Shown: in pieces, positions 38,309-50,400 of the stretch
Layout of the letters: every line of letters begins with the position of its first letter
Numbering within the stretch: position 1 is the first letter of the stretch
From: Nemertoderma westbladi
Lineage: Eukaryota > Animalia > Xenacoelomorpha
Length of the DNA: 64,000 nucleotides
Assembly (NCBI GenBank): GCA_032718475.1
Contig: JAUCBJ010007768.1
Span: 1 to 64,000, forward strand
Direction: 5' to 3'
Made by a program: the position numbers and the translations under genes
The notes under the pieces: generated by a model
What the model was told of the DNA's origin: nothing
Databases searched by the model: none
What the model saw: only the letters and a program-made list of their open reading frames with translations

Positions 38309-41300
38309 TTAAACACAATACCTAATTGGGCGCTTCCTGGTCAGGGTTCGATATAGATCCGAGTCCTTCAGATTCCATGCCCTACATTTAACCCCTTGTG
38401 GCCAGAAGCTTTGAGAGAGTAGATTTCTGTCTGGCTTGTTGTTGGAGCTACGTAGGCTGAAACGCATAGTTTTTGAGCCACCTCTGTTTCTAGTCACAAT
38501 TCTGTCCACCAGTACATCTCTTTCACCAAGGTAATCCAATATATCATCTTCAGTGTAGCAGCTTCTCACACCTGTTATGTGGTATTCAGTTGGTAATATG
38601 GTATGGTCACTGGTCAGGGGACCGAGTATGAAAATTATTGTTTGCGATAGTTGGGACGGTTTCAGCTGCCGCATTTCTAATTACTTTGCTAGACCTTATC
38701 CCCTGTCTCATCGGTTCGTGGGAAGCCTCCTTGAGTTCAAGGGTTGGCCTTGTCCAGGTACTGGAGTGATTGTTTACGGTAGTGAAGGTCATCGCAGTGG
38801 CTGGATACGCAGTTTTCCTCGACCTTGACGCGCATCCCAATGGTTCCTGGAGAGCCGCACTGAGGACAGGGGCGGGCTTCGTCCTAGTGTGAGAATGGTT
38901 GTCTGCAGGATGATCAGTTGTTTGACTCGACCTTGTTATATGTTTCGTCGGTTCACATGGGACCTCAGTGGGGACGATAGTTGGCCTCACCGGTGTAATT
39001 ACGGATTTTCCATTATTCCCAATATTTTCTCCATTAAGGTCCGTATTGGATGATGTGTGTTTATGAAGTATGAAAGTACATGTTCTGGTTCCATTGGATT
39101 TGTATTTTGTTTTTTTTTTTTTTTGATAGCATGGGTACTAGACATTGGGGCAGGATTCATTATTGGACAGGGGTCACTCAAGACTGAGTATCTATTACTG
39201 GTTGAGATTAGCAGAGGCCCATTCTGCTCTTTGGATCTTCCTTTTCTCAGTAACTTGCGTTGACGCCTGGTGGTACTGGGACAACTAGGTGTATCAGTTT
39301 CTTTAGCTACCATTCTGGGATTGCTAGGATCAAATGTGACACCAACAGGGGTTACCATATCTGGTGGGATGTATTCCGTGCTGTTGGGATTTGTAGGTGG
39401 GAACTGATTGGGTGAGGATACAGAGGCGGATATTCTGCTATCAGAAAGTGAGTCCAACACTAGGTATGTAGATGAATTTGCAGGAGTTGTAGCCGAGCAC
39501 TGTGAGATGGGGCTAGAGGATGAAGCATCGTCCAGAACTATGTAATCACACTGATTCTCACGCCTATCGGGGGTTGCAGCCAATGTATCACAGCTGATGC
39601 ATCTACGGCTGGGTCCAGGGAGGTAGCTATCTGGTACAGGATGTGGTTGTGCCAGTGGCATATCTTGTATAGACTTTAGGTCAGCGTGTAATAATATTCT
39701 GGTATTCCTCTCATGGACCACCTCGTCGTTGAGCCTTTTGGTTTCTTCTAGCAAGCGCTTATGATCTGTTTCAAGTTTGCTGAATCTATTTTGGAATGTA
39801 ACCGTCATCGAGATTAGATCTTTCCGGAGGGTATCCATGGTGATATCGTCGGTTGAGGGGTCGGCAATTGTCAGCCGTTTCCTACATGCCTCAGTGAATT
39901 TCTTTTCATATATACAACGTAGCAACTCATAAATATCATTGTATAATTCGTGTGTGGATACTCGATTTTTTAATTGCATTGAGGCAGCCTGTACAGGGGA
40001 CATAAGAAGCTTGACATCATCTAGAAGATTGTGCCTCATCTCTTCACCTCCTGTCTTAACCTGTGCACCAATTATGGACAATGCATTCTTTCTAGTCAGG
40101 GGTATTATTTCAGCAGCCCATTCATTATTTCCAGAGAGGGGTGCGGGGACGATAGGGTGACACAGATTTTCAGAGTTGACAGCTTCTACTAAATCAGGCC
40201 TGCCAGATATGCCATAGCTTAGAGGTTGTTTGTTTTGTTTGGAACCAGTACCATGTGAGTAATGGTTTGCAGTGTGGTGGCCCAGATCTACAAGCTTACA
40301 GGAATCAAGGCAGTTGTGTATCCACTGTCTGCTCTTTATACTGTCCCTCAGAAGATCTAATGCCGTATCTGATGACTGGGCCAGGCTGAGAGCGTAGAAA
40401 CATACGAAAATTCCACAGTCAAAAGAATTGGGTTGTTTTGGGAGGTTTGAGGGGACTACTGTTGTCATCCATGGTGTTATGACACCAGTTTGGTACTTTT
40501 TGGGTTTTAGGTTGTCTATTTTTGACAGTACTTTTATAATCTCAAAAGTATTTTTGTTTGGAATGTTTCTACCAAGAGGGTCTAGACATCTCACCGTATT
40601 ATCTGTTGTACTAGCTACGTGGAGTACAAAGTGGTTATTCTCTTCTCCAGGCCCATATTTTGTACACTCAGGAAAGAAAAGCAGATCAGGTTTTTTCAAG
40701 TCCGAGGTACCCAGGTATAGCTTAGCTATATATTTAACTGCACTGAGAATGTCGTAATTCTGTGTTTGAAGCCTTAGAGTGAGGTGGATAGGCAGTGCAA
40801 CGGTATGGTTATAATGTCGCACCAGTATTCCCAGGAATCCGTCAACTATGGTATCTGTTACCCATGTAGTGGGCAACAGAGTCTGCAAGTCTTTGGGGCT
40901 TGGTATAATTAATCCAGGACGTCGTTCATCAATATCCAATGATGACAGGTACTTTTTTACCTCCTCCGTCCTATTTGTATTCTTCTTGGTTGGGCTGCAC
41001 GGGTAGACATCTATACATTCAGCCACTAAGTTGGTGCGTAACTTGGTGTCTCCTGTTGCTAGATCAGGGGAGTTATTGTCTAAGATGCTTGTTTGGTTTT
41101 TCAATGGGGCATCTACTGGGAAATCAATTTCTTCAATTAGCCCATTGAGGGCCGCCTTAACCACGTGGGGTTGCATGTCTTCTGTCTGGATGTCTGTAGA
41201 TGCCGAGACAAATCTATTCTCCAAAAGTTTAGGTTTATATTTGGTATTATTATTGCTCTTCTTAGTGTGCTTCTTTCTGGGGCATTGCTGTTGTGGTGTT

Positions 41301-42310
41301 CGGTTTCCCCTCTTTGTTGTTGTTAACTTTGGTCTGCTGTCTGTAACCTTCTTGAGCTCTGATGTGGTCTCAGATGCAGCAATTAATCTAGGGGTATCAG
41401 AGATTGGGGTAGGTGGGTTTGGTTGATTATCATTTTTGTCTGGTCCGTATCTGGGAATTAAGTTACATTGTGTTTGTGAGGTGTAAGTAGTTGCAGCAGG
41501 GTTTGTGGCTGTGCCAGAAGGGGTTGCTGGTGCGGAAGTAATTATGGTGCTGGCATTCCTAGTACACCATGATCCGTTGCCCATAAGATCCTCTATGATA
41601 GTAGCAGTATTTGACTTAGGTGTTAGTTTTGTCTGGGTTGCTTGTATGGGTGTTGGTTGTGCTGGAAGTGTGGAATGAGGCGGGGATGTAGATTTATGTT
41701 CGGGCATCGTTTGTTGTAAATGCTTAGCTGGCATGGGCAATGGTTGAGACACAGGTGTATGTTGAGACTGGGATGCTGCTAGTGGTTTATGTTTGTTTGA
41801 TTTAGGAACTTTGTTTGGATGCAGCATGGACTTCCTTTTAGTGATTGCTGCCTTTAGGGACCTCGCTTGCAGTAGTTGGGGGGCGGGGCCTTTGCTCCTT
41901 GTGTGAGGCCTGCCTGTGTGTGTCTTAGTCTGGAGTGCGGGAGGGTGTGCTATGTGGGTGTCCTCAGTGATGGTTTGGCTGGTGTTAATGCTGTCATTGC
42001 CCGGAAAGTCTGATGAGACAGTGTGGGGTGAAGTAGTTGTCAGTAGATCTAGTGTCCCAATGGATTTGTACAGTACATTGCTAGGACTGCAAACGGCAGT
42101 ATTAGGTACGGCACCGGTATATATTGGCACTGAGTTTACAACCAACCTCATACCCATACAGTTATCTTGTTTCCCAATGTCCGCTGTAGTAGGTGCCGTC
42201 ATTGTCTCGGTAAGCACATTACAGGTGGAGTTACCATCCGTCTCCACGCCCCCCTGGTCCAGGTCACTGGGTCTACTAGTACCCGGACATATAGGATGAA
42301 TATGATTCAC
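38309..42310 (-). CDS. LINE ORF1 (frameshifted after 38999) with Ulp1/SENP C48 protease domain, coiled coil and FWPxGV C-terminal domain
   Basis: The 1103-aa ORF has WVTDTIVDGF, LLFFP, NHFVL, CLDPLG and PKQPNSFDCGIFVC (about 40320-40900). The downstream fragment 38309-38674 has the LINE ORF1-type motif FWPQGVKCRAW. Confidence 0.8.
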
Positions 42311-42569
42311 CAGTCAGTGACGAGTTGGTTAGCAGTGCAGAGTTGAGAGATGTACCCAGGTGTAGGTTTGGGCAGGCAGCAGCGCGAATAATTTTTCTTA
42401 CAGCATCTCGAGAGGCTTCCATTAATATTGGTCTTATCTGGGTAACGTTATAAAGTGTTTCGTTCGATACATAATTCCCGACATTTAACAGCGACCTCAG
42501 TTGTTTCCTATAGTGTGCGTCAATCCGGTCAAGATTGGTGACAGAGAGTGCTCCAAAGATATATTGCGT

Positions 42570-42940
42570 GAGTTAATTGTGCCCTCCAGATGAGTTAGAT
42601 AGGCTTGAGAAGAGAGTGCTCCCCAGTAAAAGTAAAGGTAAAGGTTAAGTAAAAGGTTAAGTAAAAGTAAAGTAAAAAAAGTTTAAAAAAAAGAGTTTGA
42701 TTGGCTTGACAAGAGTGTGAGAGATTTGAGTTAACTGTTTTATTGTGCTCTCCAGATGAGTTAGATAGGCTTGACAAGAGTGTGAGAGATTTGAGTTAAC
42801 TGTTTTATTGTGCCCTCCAGATGAGTTAGATAGGCTTGACAAGAGAGTGAGCGATTTTAGTTAACTGTTTTATTGTGCCCTCCCGGTGAGTCAGATAAGT
42901 TTTTGACAAGCAAGAGAGTGTTTTATTTTTCCCTCCAGAT
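42570..42940. repeat. ~62-bp degenerate tandem repeat upstream of ORF1
   Basis: TTAACTGTTTTATTGTGCCCTCCAGATGAGTTAGATAGGCTTGACAAGAG units, about five partial or complete copies. Confidence 0.8.
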
Positions 42941-45740
42941 CGTATAAAGTCGTTTTATGCTAAACAATTATTCTTCATAACGCCTTAATATCCTTAGAGT
43001 TAGTGGACATATGGATGGTAATATAGTGGGCATATAATTGAATTATATCTTGCATGGAAGTATATACTGTAGTAAATGTTTTAACTGAGTTGGATAGGTA
43101 ATATTGTTGTCAACAATAATCCGGCGGATGCGATACCCTCATTGAGAACTATCATTTGTGTTAGATTTGCGATCAAACATGCTTACATCAAAATTGTAGC
43201 TAAACAATTTATCTTCTTTTCTGATTGTCTGATCAACAGACAGTCCTACTGTCTGTACCTTAGCTTATGTGATTAAGAATACAATTATGGGTTATGGAGA
43301 TGATATTCAGCTGTGGCATATTGTCCTTATCTGTAAATTACCATTGATTTTTTGAATATACAATTGTACGTAAGAGTAACTGTTGTTTGTTGTCGTCAAC
43401 AATACAAATAAATTTTCTCATCATAAATCACTGCTCGGTACCTATAGAGCACGATAATTCCTAATTATTGCGAGAAAAAAATGGCAGTTTGGCCATGGGG
43501 GGTTAATTTGCTATTTCAAGATCAGAATTGTGTTACCAAATTATGGCTGATTTTCTAGCAACTCCTTACAATAGCAATTCACCGAAATTTTGTAAAATTA
43601 CACAAAATAAGTTATAAGAGGGGTACTACTACTACTACTAGGTCGAGCGAACTCGGACAGTGGAAATGAGATCCTTCCAGGCTTCCCGATTCTCCATAGT
43701 TGTCGCAATTTCGTTTCTCCCAAGTTCAGTATCCCTTTCAAGTTGATCTATATATGTTATGGCCGGTCGTCCACGACTACGCTTTCCATGAGTTGGTTGC
43801 CAGAGAAGTAGATCTGGTATGACCTCGTCTTTACTTCGCCAGCAGTGCCTACTGAATCTTAATCTGCGTTCACGGAGGGTGGTTGATACAGGTGGTATTG
43901 TACCATAAAGCTCGGCGTTTGTCATGTGTTGTCTCCAGCTGATGTTTAGGGCTGCCCTTAGTAGTCTTGTGTAGCAACCATCAATTCGTTGTTCAAGTGA
44001 TTTAGTCAGTGTCCAGGTCTCACCCCCGTATAAAAATACACTTTCCACTGTGGCTCGAAAGAACTTGGTCTTCAGGTGCCTGGAGAGATCTGATTTCCAG
44101 ATGGTATCCATTTTTGATAGAGCTACCCAAGCCTTTGCTTTCCTAACTTCTATGTCCTTTTTGCTACTCTCTATCCATGATCCAAGGTACTGGAAGTCAT
44201 CGACCTGCCTTAGTTGATTATTATCAATGGTTGTCAAGTTTCCATCAACATTAAAGGTCATGAATTCGGTCTTAGTAGCATTTATATGCAATCCAACCTC
44301 CTTAGCAGCCCTCTCCACTTTATTTAGTAGAAGCTGTGCATCTGCTAGCGTATTAGAGAGCAGGGCGATGTCATCCGCAAAGTCGGTGTCTGTGACTGTA
44401 GTTGCCGGATATCTACTACTTCTGCGTTCTTGAAGTGTGAATCCCAGATCTTCACCCTTTGTGGCCGTCCTCATTGCGTAATCCAGCACAATTACAAATA
44501 GTAATGGTGCTAATGTGTCACCTTGCAGTACGCCAGCCAGGATTGAGAAAAACTCAGTTTCACCATCTGGTGAGAGTACCTGCGCTTCTGTGTCACAATA
44601 TAGCAATCCAATGCCAGCAACAATTACTTCTGGTATTCCATAAGCTCTTAGGATTTCAAGCATTTTACCTCTATGGATGGAGTCGAATGCCTTCTTGAAG
44701 TCCACAAAAGTCATGACTGCGGGGAGATTCTTTGACTTGATTCCTTCAATCAGTCTCCGTAGTGCAAGTATCTGAGCTATTGTTGATCTACTTGGTCGAA
44801 ATCCGTTTTGGCTCTTACGCAGTAGTTTCTCTATTGTGTGGCCTAATCCTATATAGAATCATTTTATTGTATATTTTGGCAGCTACCACAAGCAGACAGA
44901 TCCCACGATAGTTTGTTGGTATGCCGAGGTCTCCTTTCTTGGGGAGAGGCTTTAGTTGACCTTTAGTCCAAATTGGTGGTGGCTTTTCCCCTTTTAACAT
45001 CCGGTTGCAAACATTCAATAATGGTCTATTTAACACTCCGGTTTTCCATACCTCCGCTGGGATTTCATCTAATCCACTCGCTTTATTATTAGACATGCTT
45101 TTAATGCTTCTTTGGAGTTCGGCAGGTGTGAAGTCCCCTGTTTCTATAGGTAGTGTCTTGTCATATATTTTCCTTGTAGGGCTGACCTCGATGTTTGGTG
45201 GCTGCCCAAGCAAGTTGCTGAAGTGATTTTTCCACTTCCCAACACGTTCTTGAGGACTATCGGCTTTGAGGCGCCCCTTTGCACAACTTTTCCGACCAGA
45301 TACCTCATTTACAGTTTGCCAGGTAAGTCTTGATTGTTGCTGTATGTGAGCAGTTGTAATTGCTTCAGTTTTATCCTGTATGTACTTTTCCTGGCTGATG
45401 TTGTAGGCCAATTTAAGATCGTCCTTAGCTTTCTCAACCGTGTTAATGTTTTCGGATGTTGGTTGTTTGGTTTTAACTTTGTAGGCTATCTTAAGATCTT
45501 GATATTAACAATGTGTTGGCAAGCTGTATTTTTCGAGGTGTTTGTTATTATACATTTATTATAGGAAGGGATCTAGGGGTCTTTACCTCGAATGATAAGT
45601 TTATTTTACCGAAAATAACTTAACGTTTATTGGCGCAATTGTAGGACTAATCCCATCACATGCGTACTTTTTAACCGGGTAGTGTACAAATTTAAGAATC
45701 GCGTAATTTTTCTTGAAGTTAATATCTCATATCTCTCCAA

Positions 45741-45783
45741 ACCACGTACGCGTTTCGACCTTACTGGGTCTCATCAGCGTGGT
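45741..45783 (-). ncRNA. Minimal type I hammerhead ribozyme
   Basis: ACCACG-CUGAUGA-GACC(CAGUAA)GGUC-GAAA-CGCG-UA/CGUGGU: 6-bp stem I, full core, 4-bp stem II, palindromic stem III, and a GUA cleavage triplet (cut between 45747 and 45746). Confidence 0.9.
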
Positions 45784-45846
45784 GTCGGATTCGAACCTGG
45801 GACCTCGAGGTGGAAGCCGAGACTACAACCACTAGGCCACAGGTTC
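45778..45846 (-). promoter_or_regulatory. tRNA-derived internal Pol III promoter (A and B boxes)
   Basis: TGGCCTAGTGG (A box), CTTCCAC loop, GGTTCGAATCC (B box); its 3' end overlaps hammerhead stem I. Confidence 0.75.
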
Positions 45847-47408
45847 TTGAGATATGGAGTATTAATTTCAAAGCCAGCTGCCATTTTATTAGCCCCTGAT
45901 TTTTTTGATTATTGATATTAACAATGTGTTGGCAAGCTGTATTTTTCGAGGTGTTTGTTATTCTTAAGATCTTAAGATCTTCTCTCTTACAAGTAACCTC
46001 AGAGTTTTGCCATGGCACATACTGTTTTCGTTTAGGTTTCTGGGGGATATGCCTCTTAGCTGATTCCTTGTGGGCTGTTATTATATTCTGGTATATTGAA
46101 TCGGTGGATTGGTCTTCATCCATTGACTGAAGTGCTTCAAAGCGGTTTTGAACTTCTACTGTATAAGCATCCTTTACAGAATTGTCAGTTCTGAGTTTCT
46201 CCCAGTCATAGTTGATTTGCTTGCTTGTCCTGGGTTTGCTGGCTCTCAAACTGAGTCTGATCTCTGCAGTCACAATTCTGTGGTCCGAACCAATTAGGTT
46301 GAACGAGCTGTATGACTCGCAGTTGATCATGCTATTTCTCCACTTTTTGTTTATAAGGATGTAATCCAGTTGTGCTTTGGTTCCATTAGGGTATTGAAAG
46401 GTCCATAGCTTCCCCTTACTCTTTTCGAATGTGTTGTTTGTTGGTATCAATTCACATTCTTCCATTAGGTCTAAGAGTAAGTACCCATTTCTGTTAGAAC
46501 TGGTGTTATAGGTGTAACCCTTGATGTCTTCTGGGCCAATTTGCGCATTCAGGTCACCAGCAATGACTTTAACATTGTGTTTCGGGATGTCCTTAATAAG
46601 TCCAGTCAGTTCTTCATAAAACTTGACTGCTTGTTCTGGCTCTGATGCATTGGTTGGACTGTAGCAACATATAACTGTTGTCTTGGGATTCCCATCAAAT
46701 GTTGCGATCATAACCCTGGAATTTATAGATTCGATGTTGTTTAGGGTCTTAAGTGCAAATGGGCTTAGCAGAATTCCTACTCCACCAATTGATGCATTGG
46801 CCGAGTTTCTTACTGCTGAGCTTGTTACTAACGTCCATCCATTTCCAATGTCATTGTACTTCATGGCAGTGTCTTCATGACAAATCCGATGTTCTTGGAT
46901 GCAGATGATGTCGATGTTATATTCCATTGCCAGAGCGACCATGTCACCCTGTTTGCTCTGTGCTTTCAGCGTGCGTGCGTTCATTGTAGCAATCTTTAGT
47001 GTCTTTTTACATTTCAACAGGTTGGTTCTTCTTTCTTCTCTGTCTTCTGTTCCAGTAGCCAATTTATCGACCCCAGCCTGGTGTACCACTGAGGGACGCG
47101 GTCCTTGTTGACCCGGGCGACGACCGAGCCGGTATTTCTCCTGGAGGGTTCTCATACTCATATCTTTCATCTTCGTTAATTTGCTATTTCAAGATCAGAA
47201 TTGTGTTACCAAATTATGGCTGATTTTCTAGCAACTCCTTACAATAGCAATTCACCGAAATTTTGTAAAATTACACAAAATAAGTTATAAGAGGGGTCGT
47301 TGCAGAATATTCCTACCTAAAATGCACTAGATGATTCCAATACCCGAGTGCTACATTAATTGGGATGTGAAGATCGACCACTACCAAATATACTCTAAGA
47401 GAAACACC

Positions 47409-50400
47409 ACAGTTAAAAGTTGTTTACAGTTAAAGAGTTGTTTACAGTTAAAGAGTTGTTTACAGTTAAAGAGTTATTTACAGTTAAAGAGTTGTTTACA
47501 GTTAAAGAGTTGTTTACTTTACAGTTAAAGAGTTGTTTACAGTTAAAGAGTTGTTTACAGTTAAAGAGTTGTTAACAGTTAAAGAGTTATTTACAGTTAA
47601 AGAGTTGTTTACAGTTAAAGAGTTGTTTACAGTTAAAGAGTTGTTTACAGTTAAAGAGTTGTTTACAGTTAAAGAGTTGTTTACAGTTAAAGAGTTGTTT
47701 ACAGTTAAAGAGTTGTTTACAGTTAAAGAGTTGTTTACAGTTAAAGAGTTGTTTACAGTTAAAGAGTTGTTTACAGTTAAAGAGTTATTTACAGTTAAAG
47801 AGTTGTTTACAGTTAAAGAGTTGTTTACAGTTAAAGAGTTGTTTACAGTTAAAGAGTTGTTTACAGTTAAAGGGTTGTTTTATAGTTAAAGGGTTGTTTT
47901 ATAGTTAAAGAGTTGTTTTATAGTTAAAGAGTTATTTACAGTTAAAGAGTTGTTTTCAGTTAAAGAGTTGTTTACAGTTAAAGTGTTGTTTACAGTTAAA
48001 GAGTTGTTTACAGTTAAAGAGTTGTTTACAGTTAAAGAGTTGTTTTATAGTTAAAGAGTTGTTTTACAGTTAAAGAGTTGTTTTACAGTTAAAGAGTTAT
48101 TTACAGTTAAAGAGTTGTTTACAGTTAAAGAGTTGTTTACAGTTAAAGGGTTGTTTTATAGTTAAAGAGTTGTTTTATAGTTAAAGAGTTATTTACAGTT
48201 AAAGAGTTGTTTACAGTTAAAGAGTTGTTTACAGTTAAAGTGTTGTTTACAGTTAAAGAGTTGTTTACAGTTAAAGAGTTGTTTTATAGTTAAAGAGTTG
48301 TTTTACAGTTAAAGAGTTGTTTTATAGTTAAAGAGTTGTTTTACAGTTAAAGAGTTGTTTTACAGTTAAAGAGTTGTTTACAGTTAAAGAGTTGTTTACA
48401 GTTAAAGAGTTGTTTACAGTTAAAGAGTTGTTTACAGTTAAAGGGTTGTTTTATAGTTAAAGAGTTGTTTTATAGTTAAAGAGTTATTTACAGTTAAAGA
48501 GTTGTTTACAGTTAAAGAGTTGTTTACAGTTAAAGAGTTGTTTACAGTTAAAGAGTTGTTTACAGTTAAAGAGTTGTTTTACAGTTAAAGAGTTGTTTAC
48601 AGTTAAAGAGTTGTTTACAGTTAAAGGGTTGTTTACAGTTAAAGAGTTGTTTTACAGTTAAAGAGTTGATTTACAGTTAAAGAGTTGTTTACAGTTAAAG
48701 AGTTGTTTACAGTTAAAGAGTTGTTTACAGTTAAAGAGTTGTTTACAGTTAAAGAGTTGTTTACAGTTAAAGAGTTGTTTACAGTTAAAGAGTTGTTTTA
48801 CAGTTAAAGAGTTGTTTACAGTTAAAGAGTTGTTTACAGTTAAAGAGTTGTTTACAGTTAAAGAGTTGATTTACAGTTAAAGAGTTGTTTACAGTTAAAG
48901 AGTTGTTTACAGTTAAAGAGTTGTTTACAGTTAAAGAGTTGTTTACAGTTAAAGAGTTGTTTTATAGTTAAAGAGTTGTTTTACAGTTAAAGAGTTGTTT
49001 ATAGTTAAAGAGTTGTTTACAGTTAAAGAGTTGTTTACAGTTAAAGAGTTGTTTTACAGTTAAAGAGTTGTTTTACAGTTAAAGAGTTGTTTTATAGTTA
49101 AAGAGTTGTTTTATAGTTAAAGAGTTGTTTTACAGTTAAAGAGTTGTTTTACAGTTAAAGAGTTGTTTACAGTTAAAGAGTTGTTTTACAGTTAAAGAGT
49201 TGTTTTACAGTTAAAGAGTTGTTTTACAGTTAAAGAGTTGTTTTATAGTTAAAGAGTTGTTTTATAGTTAAAGAGTTGTTTTACAGTTAAAGAGTTGTTT
49301 TACAGTTAAAGAGTTATTTACAGTTAAAGAGTTGTTTACAGTTAAAGAGTTGTTTACAGTTAAAGAGTTGTTTACAGTTAAAGAGTTGTTTACAGTTAAA
49401 GGGTTGTTTTATAGTTAAAGGGTTGTTTTATAGTTAAAGAGTTGTTTTATAGTTAAAGAGTTATTTACAGTTAAAGAGTTGTTTTCAGTTAAAGAGTTGT
49501 TTACAGTTAAAGTGTTGTTTACAGTTAAAGAGTTGTTTACAGTTAAAGAGTTGTTTACAGTTAAAGAGTTGTTTTATAGTTAAAGAGTTGTTTTACAGTT
49601 AAAGAGTTGTTTTACAGTTAAAGAGTTATTTACAGTTAAAGAGTTGTTTACAGTTAAAGAGTTGTTTACAGTTAAAGGGTTGTTTTATAGTTAAAGAGTT
49701 GTTTTATAGTTAAAGAGTTATTTACAGTTAAAGAGTTGTTTACAGTTAAAGAGTTGTTTACAGTTAAAGTGTTGTTTACAGTTAAAGAGTTGTTTACAGT
49801 TAAAGAGTTGTTTTATAGTTAAAGAGTTGTTTTACAGTTAAAGAGTTGTTTACTAGTTAAAGAGTTGTTTTACAGTTAAAGAGTTGTTTACAGTTAAAGA
49901 GTTGTTTACAGTTAAAGAGTTGTTTACAGTTAAAGAGTTGTTTACAGTTAAAGAGTTGTTTACAGTTAAAGGGTTGTTTTACAGTTAAAGAGTTGTTTTA
50001 CAGTTAAAGAGTTGTTTACAGTTAAAGAGTTGTTTACAGTTAAAGAGTTGTTTACAGTTAAAGAGTTGTTTACAGTTAAAGAGTTGTTTACAGTTAAAGA
50101 GTTGTTTACAGTTAAAGAGTTGTTTACAGTTAAAGAGTTGTTTACAGTTAAAGGGTTGTTTACAGTTAAAGAGTTGTTTACAGTTAAAGAGTTGATTTAC
50201 AGTTAAAGAGTTGTTTACAGTTAAAGAGTTGTTTACAGTTAAAGAGTTGTTTACAGTTAAAGAGTTGTTTACAGTTAAAGAGTTGTTTACAGTTAAAGAG
50301 TTGTTTACAGTTAAAGAGTTGTTTACAGTTAAAGAGTTGTTTACAGTTAAAGAGTTGTTTACAGTTAAAGAGTTGTTTACAGTTAAAGAGTTGTTTACAG

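Larger units (their letters stand above)
34640..42560 (-). mobile_element. Near full-length LINE with Ulp1-containing ORF1 and EN-RT ORF2
   Basis: AATAAA plus poly(A) tail at 34640-34654, 3' UTR, ORF2 and a large ORF1 all on the minus strand; 5' end approximate. Confidence 0.85.
45501..45968 (-). mobile_element. Small retrozyme/SINE-like insertion (tRNA head + hammerhead) with 49-bp terminal direct repeats
   Basis: TSD ATCTTAAGATCTT (45488-45500, 45969-45981). Direct repeats 45501-45549 and 45914-45962 (413-bp period). Removing the insert restores the RTE frame KREDLKIAYK. Confidence 0.85.
43625..47174 (-). mobile_element. RTE-clade LINE (EN-RT) with (TAG)n tail and 123-bp target-site duplication
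   Basis: TMNARTL, IQEHR, GGVG, YSPT, GDLNA, LDYIL, SDHR; LPKKGDL, FVDFKKAFD, GVLQGDTLAP, FADD, QYLGS. Frameshift near 44835 and insertion at 45501-45968. Identical flanks at 43502-43624 and 47175-47297. Confidence 0.93.

Noticed and set aside
45778-45846. Functional tRNA-Gly(TCC) gene
   Set aside because: The acceptor and T stems do not pair properly and the sequence sits inside an insertion with a TSD; treated as a SINE-type promoter.
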